Assembly: GCA_030390025.1 (NCBI GenBank)
Contig: CM059433.1
Span: 23,686,001 to 23,750,000 of the forward strand
Source: Squalus acanthias
Lineage: Eukaryota
Direction: 5' to 3'
Length of the DNA stretch: 64,000 nt
Part shown: piece by piece, positions 25,022 through 36,899 of the stretch
Position numbering within the stretch: position 1 is the first letter of the stretch
Layout: each line of letters opens with the position of its first letter
The notes under the pieces: generated by a model
Seen by the model: the letters and a program-made list of their open reading frames with translations, nothing else
Told to the model about the DNA's origin: nothing
Databases searched by the model: none
Made by a program: the position numbers and the translations under genes

Positions 25022-27470
25022 CTCGGCATCATCCGCCGCTCCAACAGTCCCTGGGCCTCCCCACTCCACATCGCCCCCAAACCAGGCGGAGGTTGGCGCC
25101 GCTTCAGGGATTACCGCCGCCTCAACGACGCCACCACCCCTGATCGGTACCCCGTGCCGCACATTCAGGACTTCTCGGCTAGACTGGCCGGCCGCTCAGT
25201 CTTTTCCAAGGTCGACCTGGTGCGCGGCTACCACCAAGTCCTCGTCCACCCCGCGGACGTCCCCAAGACGGCCGTAATCACCCCCTTCGGCCTGTTCGAG
25301 TTCCTGCGGGTGCCCTTCGGCCTCAAAAACGCGGCCCAGGCATTCCAACGGCTCATGGACTCGGTCCTTCGGGACCTGAAGTTCCTGTTCGTCTACCTGG
25401 ACGACATCCTGGTAGCCAGTTCCTCCAAGCAGGAACACCTCAAACACCTTCGCATCCTGTTCGGGCGCCTCAGCGACCACGGGCTCATCCTCAGCCCAGC
25501 CAAATGCCAGTTCGGCCTGGACAAGATCGACTTCCTCGGCCACCACATCACCCATGCTGGGGCCATTCCCCTGCCCACCAAGGTACAGGCCGTCCAACAA
25601 TTTCCCCGCCCCACCACCATCAAAGGCCTCCAGGAGTTCCTCGGGATGGTGAATTTCTATAACCGCTTCATCCCCAAAGCGGCGTCCCTCATGAGGCCCC
25701 TGTCTGAAGCCCTCCGGGGCAGGAGCGGCAAGATGGCGGTCGAATGGACGGCAGACGCGTCCGCCGCCTTCGACTCCACCAAGACCGCGCTCGCCAACGC
25801 CACCCTGCTCGCGCATCCACGGCCCAATGCCAGGGTAGCGCTCACCAGGAACGCCTCCGACCACGCGGTCAGCGCCGTGTATGAGCAGTGGGTCGACGGC
25901 GCCTGGCAACCACTTGCCTTCTTCAGCCGCCAACTACGCCCCCCGAAGGTCAAGTACAGCACCTTCGACCGCGAGCTCCTTGCGCTGTTCCTGGCGGTCC
26001 GCCATTTCCGGTTTTTGCTTGAGGGCCACCCCTTCACTGCGTTTGTCGACCACAAGCCCCTGACATTCGCAATGGCAAAGACAACCGACCCCTGGTCCGC
26101 CTGCAGCAGCGCCAGCTCGCGGCAGTGTCCGAGTTCACCACGGACATCCAACACGTCTCCGGCCGAGACAATGTGGTAGCCGACTGCCTCTCCCGCCCCG
26201 CCATCCACGCCGCACACCTGGCAGTCGACTACGCTCAACTCGCAGCAGACCAGATCACCGACCCTGATCTGCTCTCCGCACCCACCAACCTACCAGGGCT
26301 ACGCCTGGCCGACGTCGCCTGTAGCCCGACCACAGTCACAGTCAAGTGCGACATATCCCTAGGTCAACCTCGGCCCGTCGTCCCAGCGTCCTGGCGCGCC
26401 GGGTATTCGACATTCTCCACAACCTCTCCTACCCCGGCGCCCGCGCATCCATCAAATTGGTAGCCAACCGCTTCGTCTGGCGCGGCCTTCGCAAGGATGT
26501 GCGTACTTGGGCCAACTCCTGCCTAGCCTGCCAACGGGCCAAGGTACAGCAACACACGAAAGCACCCCTCGCGGAGATTCGATCACATCCACGTGGACAT
26601 CGTCGGGCCCCTGCACTTGCTGACCATCGTTGACCGCACCACACGCTGGCCCGAGGCAATTCCACTGACCTCTACCACCACCGCCGACATCGCCAGAGCC
26701 TTCGTCAGCACCTGGGTCGCAATTTACCTCTGAACTCTGGACCGCCGTCGCACGCAATCTCGGGGTGACCATTCACCGCACCACAGCGTACCACCCCCAA
26801 GCCAACGGACTGTGTGAGCGGTTCCACAGATCCTTGAAGGCATCTCTTCGAGCCAGCCTCCAGGACGGCGCCTGGACCGACCGACTTCCGTGGGTCCTCC
26901 TCGGCCTGCGCACCGCGGTTAAAGAAGACCTCCACGCATCGGCAGCAGAGCTCGTGTACGGTCAGCCGCTGCGCGTACCCGGCGAGTTCCTGCCCACCGC
27001 CACGACACCCTGGTCAGCCGACCAGCAACGCCACGACTTCGCCTCACCGGCGCTGCAGTTCGCCCCAGTGCCCATTGCTCGACACGGCGAATCCACCTCA
27101 CACGTCCCACTAAGCCTGCACCAGGCACAGTTTGTTTTCGTCCGGCACGACGCCCACCGCGGACCCCTTCAACCCCCGTACGACGGGTCCTACAAGGTGC
27201 TACAGGCTGGGGACAAATTTTTCACCCTGCAAGTGGGCGACAGGACCGAAAAAGTGTCGGTTTACCGACTCAAGCCAGCACACTCGGAGCCCGGTGAGCA
27301 GGTCCCTGTAGCTCGTCCACCTCCACGCGGCCGACCTGCCCTCAAGCCGGTTCACCCGGCTGCTCCAGCCCGGCCGTTCCACTTCCACCGGCGTCCTACA
27401 AGAGCCGCTCCGGCCGGCCCATCAGACCGCCACACCGTCTCGTCCACACCTCCTAAGCGGATTCTGGGGG
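25022..27470 (+). pseudogene. pol: Gypsy pol: RT, RNase H and integrase with frameshifts and deletions
   Basis: FSKVDLVRGYHQ, VPFGLKNA, VYLDDIL, DHKPL, TTAYHPQANGLCER, GPY/F-like 'PLQPPYDGSY'; frameshifts near 26100 and 26395; integrase core partly deleted near 26715. Confidence 0.92.
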
Positions 27471-27473
27471 GAG
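27465..27473 (+). promoter_or_regulatory. Polypurine tract
   Basis: tggggggag 3 nt upstream of the 3' LTR. Confidence 0.8.
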
Positions 27474-27476
27474 CTG

Positions 27477-27716
27477 TGTGGCGGATCGCCACCTAAACGG
27501 GCATTATCCACTTTTCCGTCCGTGCACAAATATCGAGCACCTTCCCTTTAAGGCACCTTACCTTTAAGGCAGGAGTGGGCGGGGCCTCAGGATTTTTCCA
27601 GAGAATTTTGGGAGCAGTCTGTTCAGCCATTTTGTACCATGCAGTTGTATTAAAAAAGTCTCTTGTTTTCCACACATGGATTCAGCCTTAATTCGTGTTT
27701 CGCAGCAGCCTCAACA
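27477..27716 (+). repeat. 3' LTR (240 bp)
   Basis: Direct repeat of 23461-23700. Confidence 0.97.
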
Positions 27717-28627
27717 ATAGTCTGCAATAAATCCAATAAGGAATTCAGGAGAAACTTCTTTACCCAGAGAGTGGTTAAAATGTGGAAGTTGCTACCACAT
27801 GGAGTAGTTGAGGTGAATAGCATAAATTAATTTAAGGGGGAGCTAGATAAACACATGAGGGAGAAAGGAATAGAAGGATATGTTGATGGGAATAAATGAA
27901 GAAGAGTGGGAGGAGGCTCGTGTGGAGCATATACACCGGCATAGACCTGTTGGTTCGAATGGTCTGCTTCTGTGCTGTAATACTATGTAACAATATGTAA
28001 CACGATCATGCATAATATTTACTACTTACCGATGCTTCCCCAGACCTTTTCTGCAATCTTCAGCCATTTCTGCTACAGCAACACCAGAGGGTAGCTAAAT
28101 AAGCTGACCCTGCATTTTATGCTGTGATCAATGGTTTAGGTGTTTTAATTGGCTGCAAATTGATCCGAACTGCTTTCAGTGCTCTTTGCTCTTGTCACTC
28201 AGAAAGGTTTGTTATGCTGCTCACAGGTGTAAATGATGCCCATCCTATGTACAGTTCAATTTGGAATAGAGATTGTCAGAGACAAATGAGCAAAGATTGA
28301 AAGACAGAGCTTTGGTTTTATGCTTGCAATAAATTCACTGGGTTCTCTGGACAAATCAAAGGAAAAATAGGATATATAAACTCCCGGTTTAGAACTACAG
28401 GGAGATTGAGAAAATAAAAAAGGGGGACGGAATGTCTCCTGCAACTGCACTGAAGTTTGCCCTGGAGTGTCCTCAGGTAAGAAGACCAAAACTGTACACA
28501 GTACTCCAGGTGTGGTCTCACCAAAGCCATATATAATTGCAGCAAAAACTCCCAACTCTTATACTGCAACCCCCTTGCAATAAAGGCTAATATACCATTT
28601 GTCTTCCTAATTGCTTGCTGTGCCTGC

Positions 28628-29438
28628 GGGGGTGATTTTGCTAATGGGGAGCTTTTGGAGGCGGGACTCCCACTTGTCGGGTTTCAGTCCTGCCTCCATC
28701 AACTTCTGGCCAACCCACGCTATTTTCCCTTGATTGACCTTGTTAAGCCTGCCCAGCGGGCTTAGCAGGCCAATTAAGGGAAAGCCGGTTACAGAGAACG
28801 TCAACGTATGACGTTTCATCTGTCAAAAATGTGAAGCTGTCAAACACTGACATTCTCTGTAGTTTGATGAGGTCTTGAATTCAAGACCTCATCAAACCTC
28901 TTTCTTTTGCAGAAATAAGATGGTTGTTGCATTGGAGAATGCAACGGCCATCTGTCATCTCTACCACGGAGGTGCGAGACTCTCCGCATACCCACCGACT
29001 GAAGCCTGCAGGAAGAAACAAAGGTAAGTACACTTTTTCTAACACTTTCCACTTACCTCAGATACTTACCTCTTCACACTTGCACCCATCACTCACCTCC
29101 ACAGCACACTTTTGCACCCCTCTGATCCCCACAGACCCACTACTTGCCTCGGTGACCCTGGCGGGGTTCGGAGCCTTTGGGAAGCCCGTACTTGTGCGGG
29201 CAAAATGGTGATAAGCCTATTTTCTGCCTGTTAACTACCTGTTAACAGGCAGTTAAGTGGCTGTAATCCCTTCCTGCCTCCAAGGAGACGGGACCCGGCG
29301 CGGGACAGCTACCCGCCTCCTGTCAAGATGGCACAGAGGCGGGTTGGGAGCGGGTTGGGCACCTGCCCCAAAATTCTGCCATTGTCCCGGCAGTCCCGCC
29401 TCCATACCCGCCTCCCCAGGGTTGGCAAGATCGCGCCC
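28628..29438. mobile_element. Harbinger-type MITE
   Basis: Imperfect TIR GGGGGTGATTTTGC/GCAAGATCGCGCCC; CR1 resumes on either side. Confidence 0.7.
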
Positions 29439-29998
29439 TCAATGTTAAATTTCTGTGATTTGTGTACAAGGACACCCAAATCCTTCTGAATCCCAACATT
29501 TACTAGTCTCTCACCTTTTTAAAATATTCTGCTTTTCGATTCTGCCTATCAATGTGGATAATTTCACACTTCCCCACATTATACTCAATCTGCCACTGTC
29601 TTGCCCAATCACTTAACCTGTCTATATCCCTTTGCAGCCTCTTTACATCCTCCTCACAGCTTACTTTCCCACCTAGCTTTGTATCGTCAGCAAACTTGTA
29701 TATATTACGTTCGGTCCCCTCATCTAAATCATTGATGTAGATTATACACAGCTGAGGCCCAAGCACTGATCCTTGCAGCACTCCACTCGTTACACCCTGC
29801 CTTCCTGAAAATGACCTGTTTATTCCTACTCTCTATTTTCTGTCTGTTAACCAAAACTCAATCTATGCTAAAATATTACCCCCAATCCCTTGATCCTTAA
29901 TCTTGTGTGACAACCTATTGCATGGCACCTTATCGAATGCCTTCTGAAAATCCAAATATACTACATCAACTGGTTCCCCCTTATCTACCCTGCTAGTT

Positions 29999-30442
29999 GT
30001 CAGCCATGGCCCTCGCCTCTGAGTCAGAAGTTTATGGGTTCAAGTCCCACTCCAGAGACTTGCGCCCAAAAATCTAGGCTGACTCTCCAGGGCAGTACTG
30101 AGGAATGCTGCACTGTTGGAGGTGCCATCTATCGAATGAGACATTAAACCAAGGCCCCGTCTGCCCTCTCAGGTGCACGTAAAAGATCCCATGGCACTAT
30201 TTCAAAGAAGAGCAGGGGAGTTATCCCCATTGACCTGTCCAATATTTATCCCTCAATCAACATCGCTAAAAAACAGATTATCTGGTCATTATCACATTGC
30301 TGTTTGTGGGAGCTTGCTATGTGCAAAATGGCTGCCGCGTTTCCTACATTATAGCACTTCAAAAGTACTTCATTGGCTGTAAAGTGCTTTGGGAGCCTGA
30401 GGCCGTGAAAGATGCTATATAAATGCAAGTCTTTCTTTTCTT
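29999..30442 (+). mobile_element. Deu-domain SINE with A-box deletion
   Basis: Family match; tagttg duplicated at the flanks. Confidence 0.88.
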
Positions 30443-31497
30443 TAGTTGCACCCTCAAAAAACTCTGATAGATTTGTCAAACACGATTTCCCTTTCATAAA
30501 ACCATGTTGACTCTGTCTAATCATATTGTGATTTTCCAAGTGCCCTCTTAACACGTCCTCAATAATACGGAAAGTATATACAAGATCAGGCTTGCTCGTA
30601 TCTAAATTTATATAGTGATATGATCACTGAACCTATCACAACTGTAGGTATCGGAGCTTGATGTAAACCGGATTATTTATTGTATTCATATAAAAAGGTG
30701 GGCAATGCCACATGCATGACAACTTGTAGCAATTCATGCAAAGGACATCCAAGACTCGTATGGAAATGTGTCTCATTAAGTGACTGTTCAACACGCTGAA
30801 TCTTGGCAATTATTTACCATATTGTGGAATGCTCTGCCAGGAATTTGCCCGATGCGGCCTGTTTCCTGGCAACTATTTAGCCAGAGGTGGTAACAAAATG
30901 ATGCCAAGCCCAGACTCCAGACTGCAAAAGCTCAATATTAAACCATCGCGGAACAATTCATATCATTGTGCTGATTGACAGACAAGGGGGTAATTTGAGT
31001 GAAGAAAAGAGTGAAGCGGTCATGTCTGATGACAAACTTGATGACATTATTCAAAAGTTAATTGCCTGATAGAGACTGATAAAATGTTTTTTTAAAAACA
31101 AAATGCTGGAAATATGATAGAAACAAATATTGTCAAATCTTAAAAAAAAGAACAAAAAACAGGTTAACATTCAGGTCAAGAAGCAGAAAGGGACAGTAGA
31201 TAAAACACTTAATAGAACCGAGCAAAGAATAAAGTGAGAAGAGAACAACAATGAAGGTTGCTTATAAAATATTCTACATCCCAGGACAAAGAGGAGTTGC
31301 CATTGGGTTTAATCACCCAGGAAGGTATTTTATTAAGAAACTGGATAGAGGTGGAAAGTGTCAGAGGATAAAGATAGATCACTTCAGTCAGACAGTGAAA
31401 TGCTGAGATAAAGCCAAAGAGGATTTCATTCCATCTTTGTACTATTTTAACCACACTTTTTAACAGGTTCAGATAAATTCCTGTGAGAGCAATTTTA

Positions 31498-31952
31498 TCA
31501 TAGAATCATAGAATGGTTACAGCACGGAAGAAGGCCATTCGGCCCATCGAGCCCGTGCCCACCTCAGCTAGTCCCACTGCCCCACCCTTTCCCCGTAGCC
31601 CTGCAATTTTTTTTCCTTCAGATACTTATCCAACTCCCTTTTGAAAGCCATGATTGAATCTGCCTCCACCACCCTTTCAGGCAGTGCATTCCAGATCTTA
31701 ACCACTTGCTGCGTAAAAACTTTTTTTTTTTACGTCGCCTTTGGTTCTTTTGCCAATCACCTTAAATCTGTGTCCTCTGGTTCTCAACCCTTCTGCCAAT
31801 GGGAACAGTTTCTCTCTAGCTACTCTGTCCAGACCCCTCACGCTTTTGAACACCTCTATCAAATCTCCTCTCAATGTTCTCTGCTCCAAGGAGAACAACC
31901 CCAGCTTCTCCAGTCTATCAACGTAACTGAGGTCTCTCATTCCTGGAATCAT
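31498..31952 (-). mobile_element. CR1 LINE 3' end
   Basis: DRLEKLGLFSLEQR.LRGDLIE; (attctatg)n tail. Confidence 0.9.
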
Positions 31953-32592
31953 GGGATCGTTGACCTATTTAAATAGATTAATGTCTCCATTAAAAGAGCA
32001 CGGACAAGAATCTATGCAAACACGTTGATGGATGTGTTTAAATAAATAGCAAACAGAGACTATGAAAGATCCATCAGTGAGTAAAGCTGCTCCAAAATGG
32101 AAGGGAGTGAAGTGGAATGTGAATGGGGAAAAACTGGCAGAATAATGGGAGATAAAGTTGAAGTTGCTAAAGTCAGTGTTCAGCCCAAGGGGCTAAAGAG
32201 TGCTCGGAGAAGGTGAGACAGTAGGGTGAATAATGCAGTCCCAATACAGTGGCTGTGGGACCGCTGCTCTTTGTCTAATGCACAACCTGCATCATACTGA
32301 TCTAACCTCATGCCAAAGTGTGAGGTTAGCTCATTTAAATATTAGTGCAGTACTTCCATCATGCAGCACGTGCTTTGGAAGTACACAATGGCTAGAGGAC
32401 AGGATATTGGGAGCAGCAGCTCTTAAAGGGCTGCCGCTCTCCTATAAAGTTATGCTGCTAAAGAAAAGGTGGAGAAATGCTAATAGCACACTCCATACAG
32501 TGTAACAAAGAAGCACAGGGGTAACTCACTCTGAACACAGCTGCACCACACACTGTTAGGATACATTTAAGACATTGATACTCTGCTATAAT

Positions 32593-33271
32593 GGCCTAGA
32601 AATTCGCGTGGCCGGCTTGCCGCGGGGGTAAGGATCGTGCGCGCTCTTACCTACCGTGCCTGCCGTTGTGTTTTGGGCCCACAGGAACTTCGGGTCCTGG
32701 GCCTCTCCCAAGAGCCGGCGCGCAGTGCTTGCGTGTTCCAGGGGCGCAGTTAGTGCGATGCGACCCCTGGGATCACGTGGGCCATGGAGAGCCAATGGCA
32801 GCAGACCATCTTTCATTCATAGATTTGACAGGACCTGTCAAATCTGTGAATTAAAATCGGCCCCAAAAGAACAGCTAAACTTCAAATAAATTTTTTTTAA
32901 AACCCATCACATTTATAAAATAACTATAGTTAAATAAATTAACCACTTTAAACAAAAATGATAAACCTGTTGAAAAAAATTTAAAATTATACTTAATTAA
33001 CCACTTACCTTGTTCAAAAGGGGTCTTACGCCTCCTTTTTATTAGCGTAGAATCTTCAATACTTACCCTCGCGTAGAAACCTGAAAAAAAATCTAAGTGT
33101 GCTGCGTGCGCGCAGCCTCTAGCGCGCACGCGGTTCACCTAGGAACCGCCCCCTTCACCATACCAGAAGTTCCGGTTTCCCGTGCATGCGCAGTGCATGC
33201 AGGAAACCGGCACTTCGGGAATGAATACGGGTGAGTGTGTACTCACCCGGGAAGGGCCGAATTTTTGGGCC
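32593..33271 (-). mobile_element. GGCC-TIR Harbinger-type MITE with AT-rich core
   Basis: TIR GGCCTAGAAATTCG/CGAATTTTTGGGCC, AAT/ATT flanks; diverged reverse-orientation relative of 34063-34809. Confidence 0.8.
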
Positions 33272-33294
33272 ATTGTGAGAGTACTTTTGTTATG

Positions 33295-33762
33295 AGAAAG
33301 AAAAAGACTTGCATTTATATAGCGCCTTTCACGACCACCAGACATCTCAAAGCGCTTTACAGCCAATGAAGTACTTCTGGAGTGTAGTCACTGTTGTAAT
33401 GTGGGAAACGCGGCAGTCAATTTGCGCACAGCAAGCTCCCACAAACAGCAATGTGATAATGACCAGATAATCTGTTTTTGTTATGTTGATTGAGGGATAA
33501 ATATTGGCCAGGACACCGGGGATAACTCCCCTGTTCTTCTTCGAAATAGTGCCAAGGGATCTTTTATGTCCACTTGAGAGAGCAGGCGGGGCCTCAGTTT
33601 AAAATTCTCATCCGAAAGACAGCACCTATGACAGCGCAGCACTCCCTCAGCACTGCACTGGAGTGTCAGCCTAGATTTATGGACTCAAGTCCCTGGAGTG
33701 GGACTGTGAACTCACAACCTTCTGACTCAGAGGCGAGTGTGCTACCCACTGAACCACAGCTG
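33295..33762 (-). mobile_element. Deu-domain SINE, near full length
   Basis: Reverse-complement family match. Confidence 0.9.
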
Positions 33763-34062
33763 TGAGGCAGATTAAGGTAGTTAATGAGAAATGCTGTTGT
33801 ATTCACGATCCTGATGCCTGGCTCTTTGTTGGAGCTTTATTTGATGAGGTATTAGGGTTTTGTACATATGCAGATGACTACTGTGCTTTGGCTGTTTCCT
33901 GCATTTAACTGGGAATGTTTCCTGATTGCTCAATTGATTGAGCAGGCATGGCTTCTTGCTGTTGATCAGGATGCTTTACTGTCACTGATCGATGTTGTCT
34001 GTAGTCTGCATTTTGCTCCATGACAAAGCTCCTTTGCAGAGTAAAGTTGTATTAAACACAAT

Positions 34063-34809
34063 GGCCCGTATATTCTGACCCCCACGGGTGCGTACAAGGT
34101 GTGTACACTCCCGTAGGGACCTCGCAAGTGCCGGTTTCAGGCATGCCAAGCGCATGCGCTGAAAACCGGCACTTCCGATCAGTCAAGAATTCTTTTGACA
34201 GAAGGGCCTCCACGGGCGAAGAGTTCTGCTTTCTGCAGAACCTCCGCCTGCTGAAAACACTTAAAAATCTTATACCTGGTAAAAGCAGGCGTAAGGCCTG
34301 CTTTTACCAGCATAAGAGTTTAAAAAAGTTTTTAAAAAAAAATTTTTTTTTACTCATTTATAATTTTAAAAGACTTTTAAAAAAGGTAAGTTTATTTTTA
34401 GCCCCGTAAAAAACTTTAATTATTTTTTTCAAAAAATTAAATTTTTGTTTAAAATATTTAATTTAATGTAATTTTAACTAATATGTGATTTCTTTTTAAA
34501 TTTATTTAATGTTTTAGTGTGTTTTTTGAGTGATCCCCATTCATACTTTTGACGGGTCTAAGCTGAGAGACCTGTCAAAAGTGTGAAGGGGGATTCCCTT
34601 CTTCCATTGGTTCCCCATGGCCCACGTGATGCCAGGGACGTTTGCGAACCGCCTGCGCCCCTGGGATACCTGGGCCTCTGCGCGCGCGGAGCAGGAGAGG
34701 CCCAGGAGCGGAAGTGTCGGGACCTACGAAGCCAGCAGGTACGTTCGTAGATTTTTTCCAGATCAGAGGCATCCGCCCGCAGGAAGCTTCCGATCGGAAA
34801 ATCCGGGCC
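34063..34809 (+). mobile_element. GGCC-TIR Harbinger-type MITE (747 bp), uninterrupted reference copy
   Basis: TIR GGCCCGTATATT/AAAATCCGGGCC, AAT TSD, GC-rich arms with hairpins and an AT-rich core. Confidence 0.9.
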
Positions 34810-35109
34810 AATAATTTTGGCCACCATTGTCTGGTTGTAGTGTAATACTTCCCCGATTTAGACAGTTGAATCTTTGTTTCAGTATATCAGTGGTCTGCTC
34901 CACCATGACCCTGGCAGCTGCATGTGATCATTATAGTGCCCTTCAGGTCTTAGCTAGCTGTAATTGCTATGGATAGCCGTGATTGCACAGTAGATACCAA
35001 TCCAACCTCATGGATTGGCTTAAAATGAATGATTCATGACAACTTCCAGGGTAGCAGGCTTTAATCTGTATGATTCTGCACGTATGGTCACAGACCAGTT
35101 ACTCATTCA

Positions 35110-35500
35110 TCAATAATACCCTGCACTTCAGGGAATCCAGCTAGATGGTAAAACTGCAGGGCTCTCTCATGTCCCGTGAGGAAATAGATGTGAGTGGAAA
35201 AGGCAAACAGGGGGGCATCTGCACACTGCAGCTTTGGAGATCTGCCAGATGTCTCCTGATGTTGCTGACAGGCCCAGTAGCATGAATGTTCAGGCCGCCA
35301 GTCACCTTGACAGACACAGACAGAGCCATCCCTGGCTTGAAGTGCATTGCAGATCTTACTGTAGGAGTGTGAACGTTCACTCACAGATTCCACAAGCAGA
35401 TTTCTTCTCACCTGTCCCCTCCTGTTCCTCCTGGCACCACAAAGGAATGTTTCTGACTTACTTTTTGGGCCTGTTCGTCCGCCCCGACAGTTGCTGGCCT
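35110..35500 (-). pseudogene. Harbinger transposase relic, N-terminal half
   Basis: S.SV.VKVT..LN..ATG and LQFYHLAGFPEVQGIID, homologous to 59434-60594. Confidence 0.7.
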
Positions 35501-36309
35501 ACCTTCACCTGGTGGGAAAACCTCAGCAGCTTCCCTGCTCAGGCCTTGGTTTCCGTTGGGCGTGTAGGCTTAAAGTCGATCCCTTTGAGTCCGTCTGCAG
35601 TTGCAGGCTCCAGCCTGGAGTAGATTCTTCATCAAAAATACTTTTGCTCTGCGCCAATTCTCTCTCCTCACATCACTCACTTGCCCTTCCTTCTTCTAAT
35701 CGCTGACTCTGGATTGATCTTCCAATGATGCCCCCCCCCCCCCCCCCAGCCTCCCCAGTCGCTGCACACCATAAATCCAGGAGCCTCGGCCAATAGACAA
35801 TTGCTCGCAGCTGCTCACTGGGAGTCATTCCCCTCTCAGAAGATCTGAAGGCTGCCACAGTGAAGCCTCTGTGTTCATGGACAGAAATCTTTCCCGCCTC
35901 CACCCATTCAGCTATTTCCCCCTCTTTCCCCGCTGATACACTCCTTGCCTCACCGCCGAGATACATTTCAAGCTGCGTTGTGAAGCCTGTCGTCGGCTAC
36001 TGTGTAGTCCGTCAGTGCCAACTTGTCCCTTTTCCCTTTCCTCTTGGTCCTTCTCAGCAGCAAGACCCTGAAGAATAAGGAGGAAAGTTCCCCTGAGGAC
36101 GCAGCGTCACGCGCTTCAGCCCCTTCCAAGCACCAGCACGGCGATTGGCATCCCGTTTGGGATAGAGAGTGAATTGAAGAGGTTTGCACGTGGTGATGCA
36201 CCCACCACGAATGAGCAGGAGCAGACAGTGGTGGCAGGGAAAGCTCAGGAGACAGCCTTACGGAGAGTGAGATCCTCTGCCAGCTGAGGAGGACAGAGAG
36301 GCAGACTTC

Positions 36310-36760
36310 AGGAGCATGCTATAATGATGCGACAAACATTGTGTGGGGCATATTGTAGGGAGCCCCCTAGACCTATCCAGACACCTGAACATTTGCTTTA
36401 ATAATGTGGCTTTAATAAGTGATGTTCCTGGTTGTCCCATGGCACTGATTGTATCTGAGCTGTTTAGGCACGTTGGGGTTGCAGAGGGATGTCATCAGCC
36501 ACGTGTACAGGGGGTACCCCTTCTCCCCCAGCAGCCAACCTCTTACGTTCCTGGAAGGGTGTAGTAGTGGGGGATGGCCCAGAGTCTCAGAATGAAGGCG
36601 TCGTGACAGCTGCCTGCGAAGCTGGCAAATACTTGCATGATGCTTCTGTGGAGATCATACACCAACTGCACATTAATTAAGAGCCCTTCCTACTGACAAA
36701 ATTTGCTGGTTTGCCTTCTAGTGCCTCGATGGCTACATGAGCACAGTCTATTGCCTGGAC
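36310..36760 (-). pseudogene. Harbinger transposase relic, C-terminal half
   Basis: AIDCAHVAI...GYPLYTWLMT.L.NP...RYNQCH..TRNI...LKQMFRCLDRS. Confidence 0.7.
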
Positions 36761-36899
36761 GCTCCTGTGAAGCGCCTTGGGACATTTTACTTTGTAAAGG
36801 TGCTATATAAATGCAGGTTGTTGTTGTTGGAAACGAGGGAACACAGCCACTCCTGAAAATCCCGGCGCTCTCTCATTTTGAGTGTTGGGGGGGGTGGGG

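Larger units (their letters stand above)
23461..27716 (+). mobile_element. Full-length Ty3/Gypsy LTR retrotransposon (CsRn1-like), disabled
   Basis: Two 240-bp TG..CA LTRs, ATAG TSD (23457-23460 and 27717-27720), PBS, PPT, gag-PR-RT-RH-IN order. Confidence 0.97.
19838..28000 (+). mobile_element. Older CR1 3' fragment split by four later insertions
   Basis: Pieces 19838-19967, ~22255-22458, ~22933-23076, 23192-23460 and 27721-28000 read as one continuous RT-to-3'UTR sequence. Confidence 0.85.
28470..30565 (-). mobile_element. CR1 LINE internal fragment interrupted by a MITE and a SINE
   Basis: [52 protein letters not shown]. Confidence 0.88.

Noticed and set aside
24195..26238. Long alternative-frame and antisense ORFs in the Gypsy element
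   Set aside because: Expected by-product of GC-rich codon usage; no motifs
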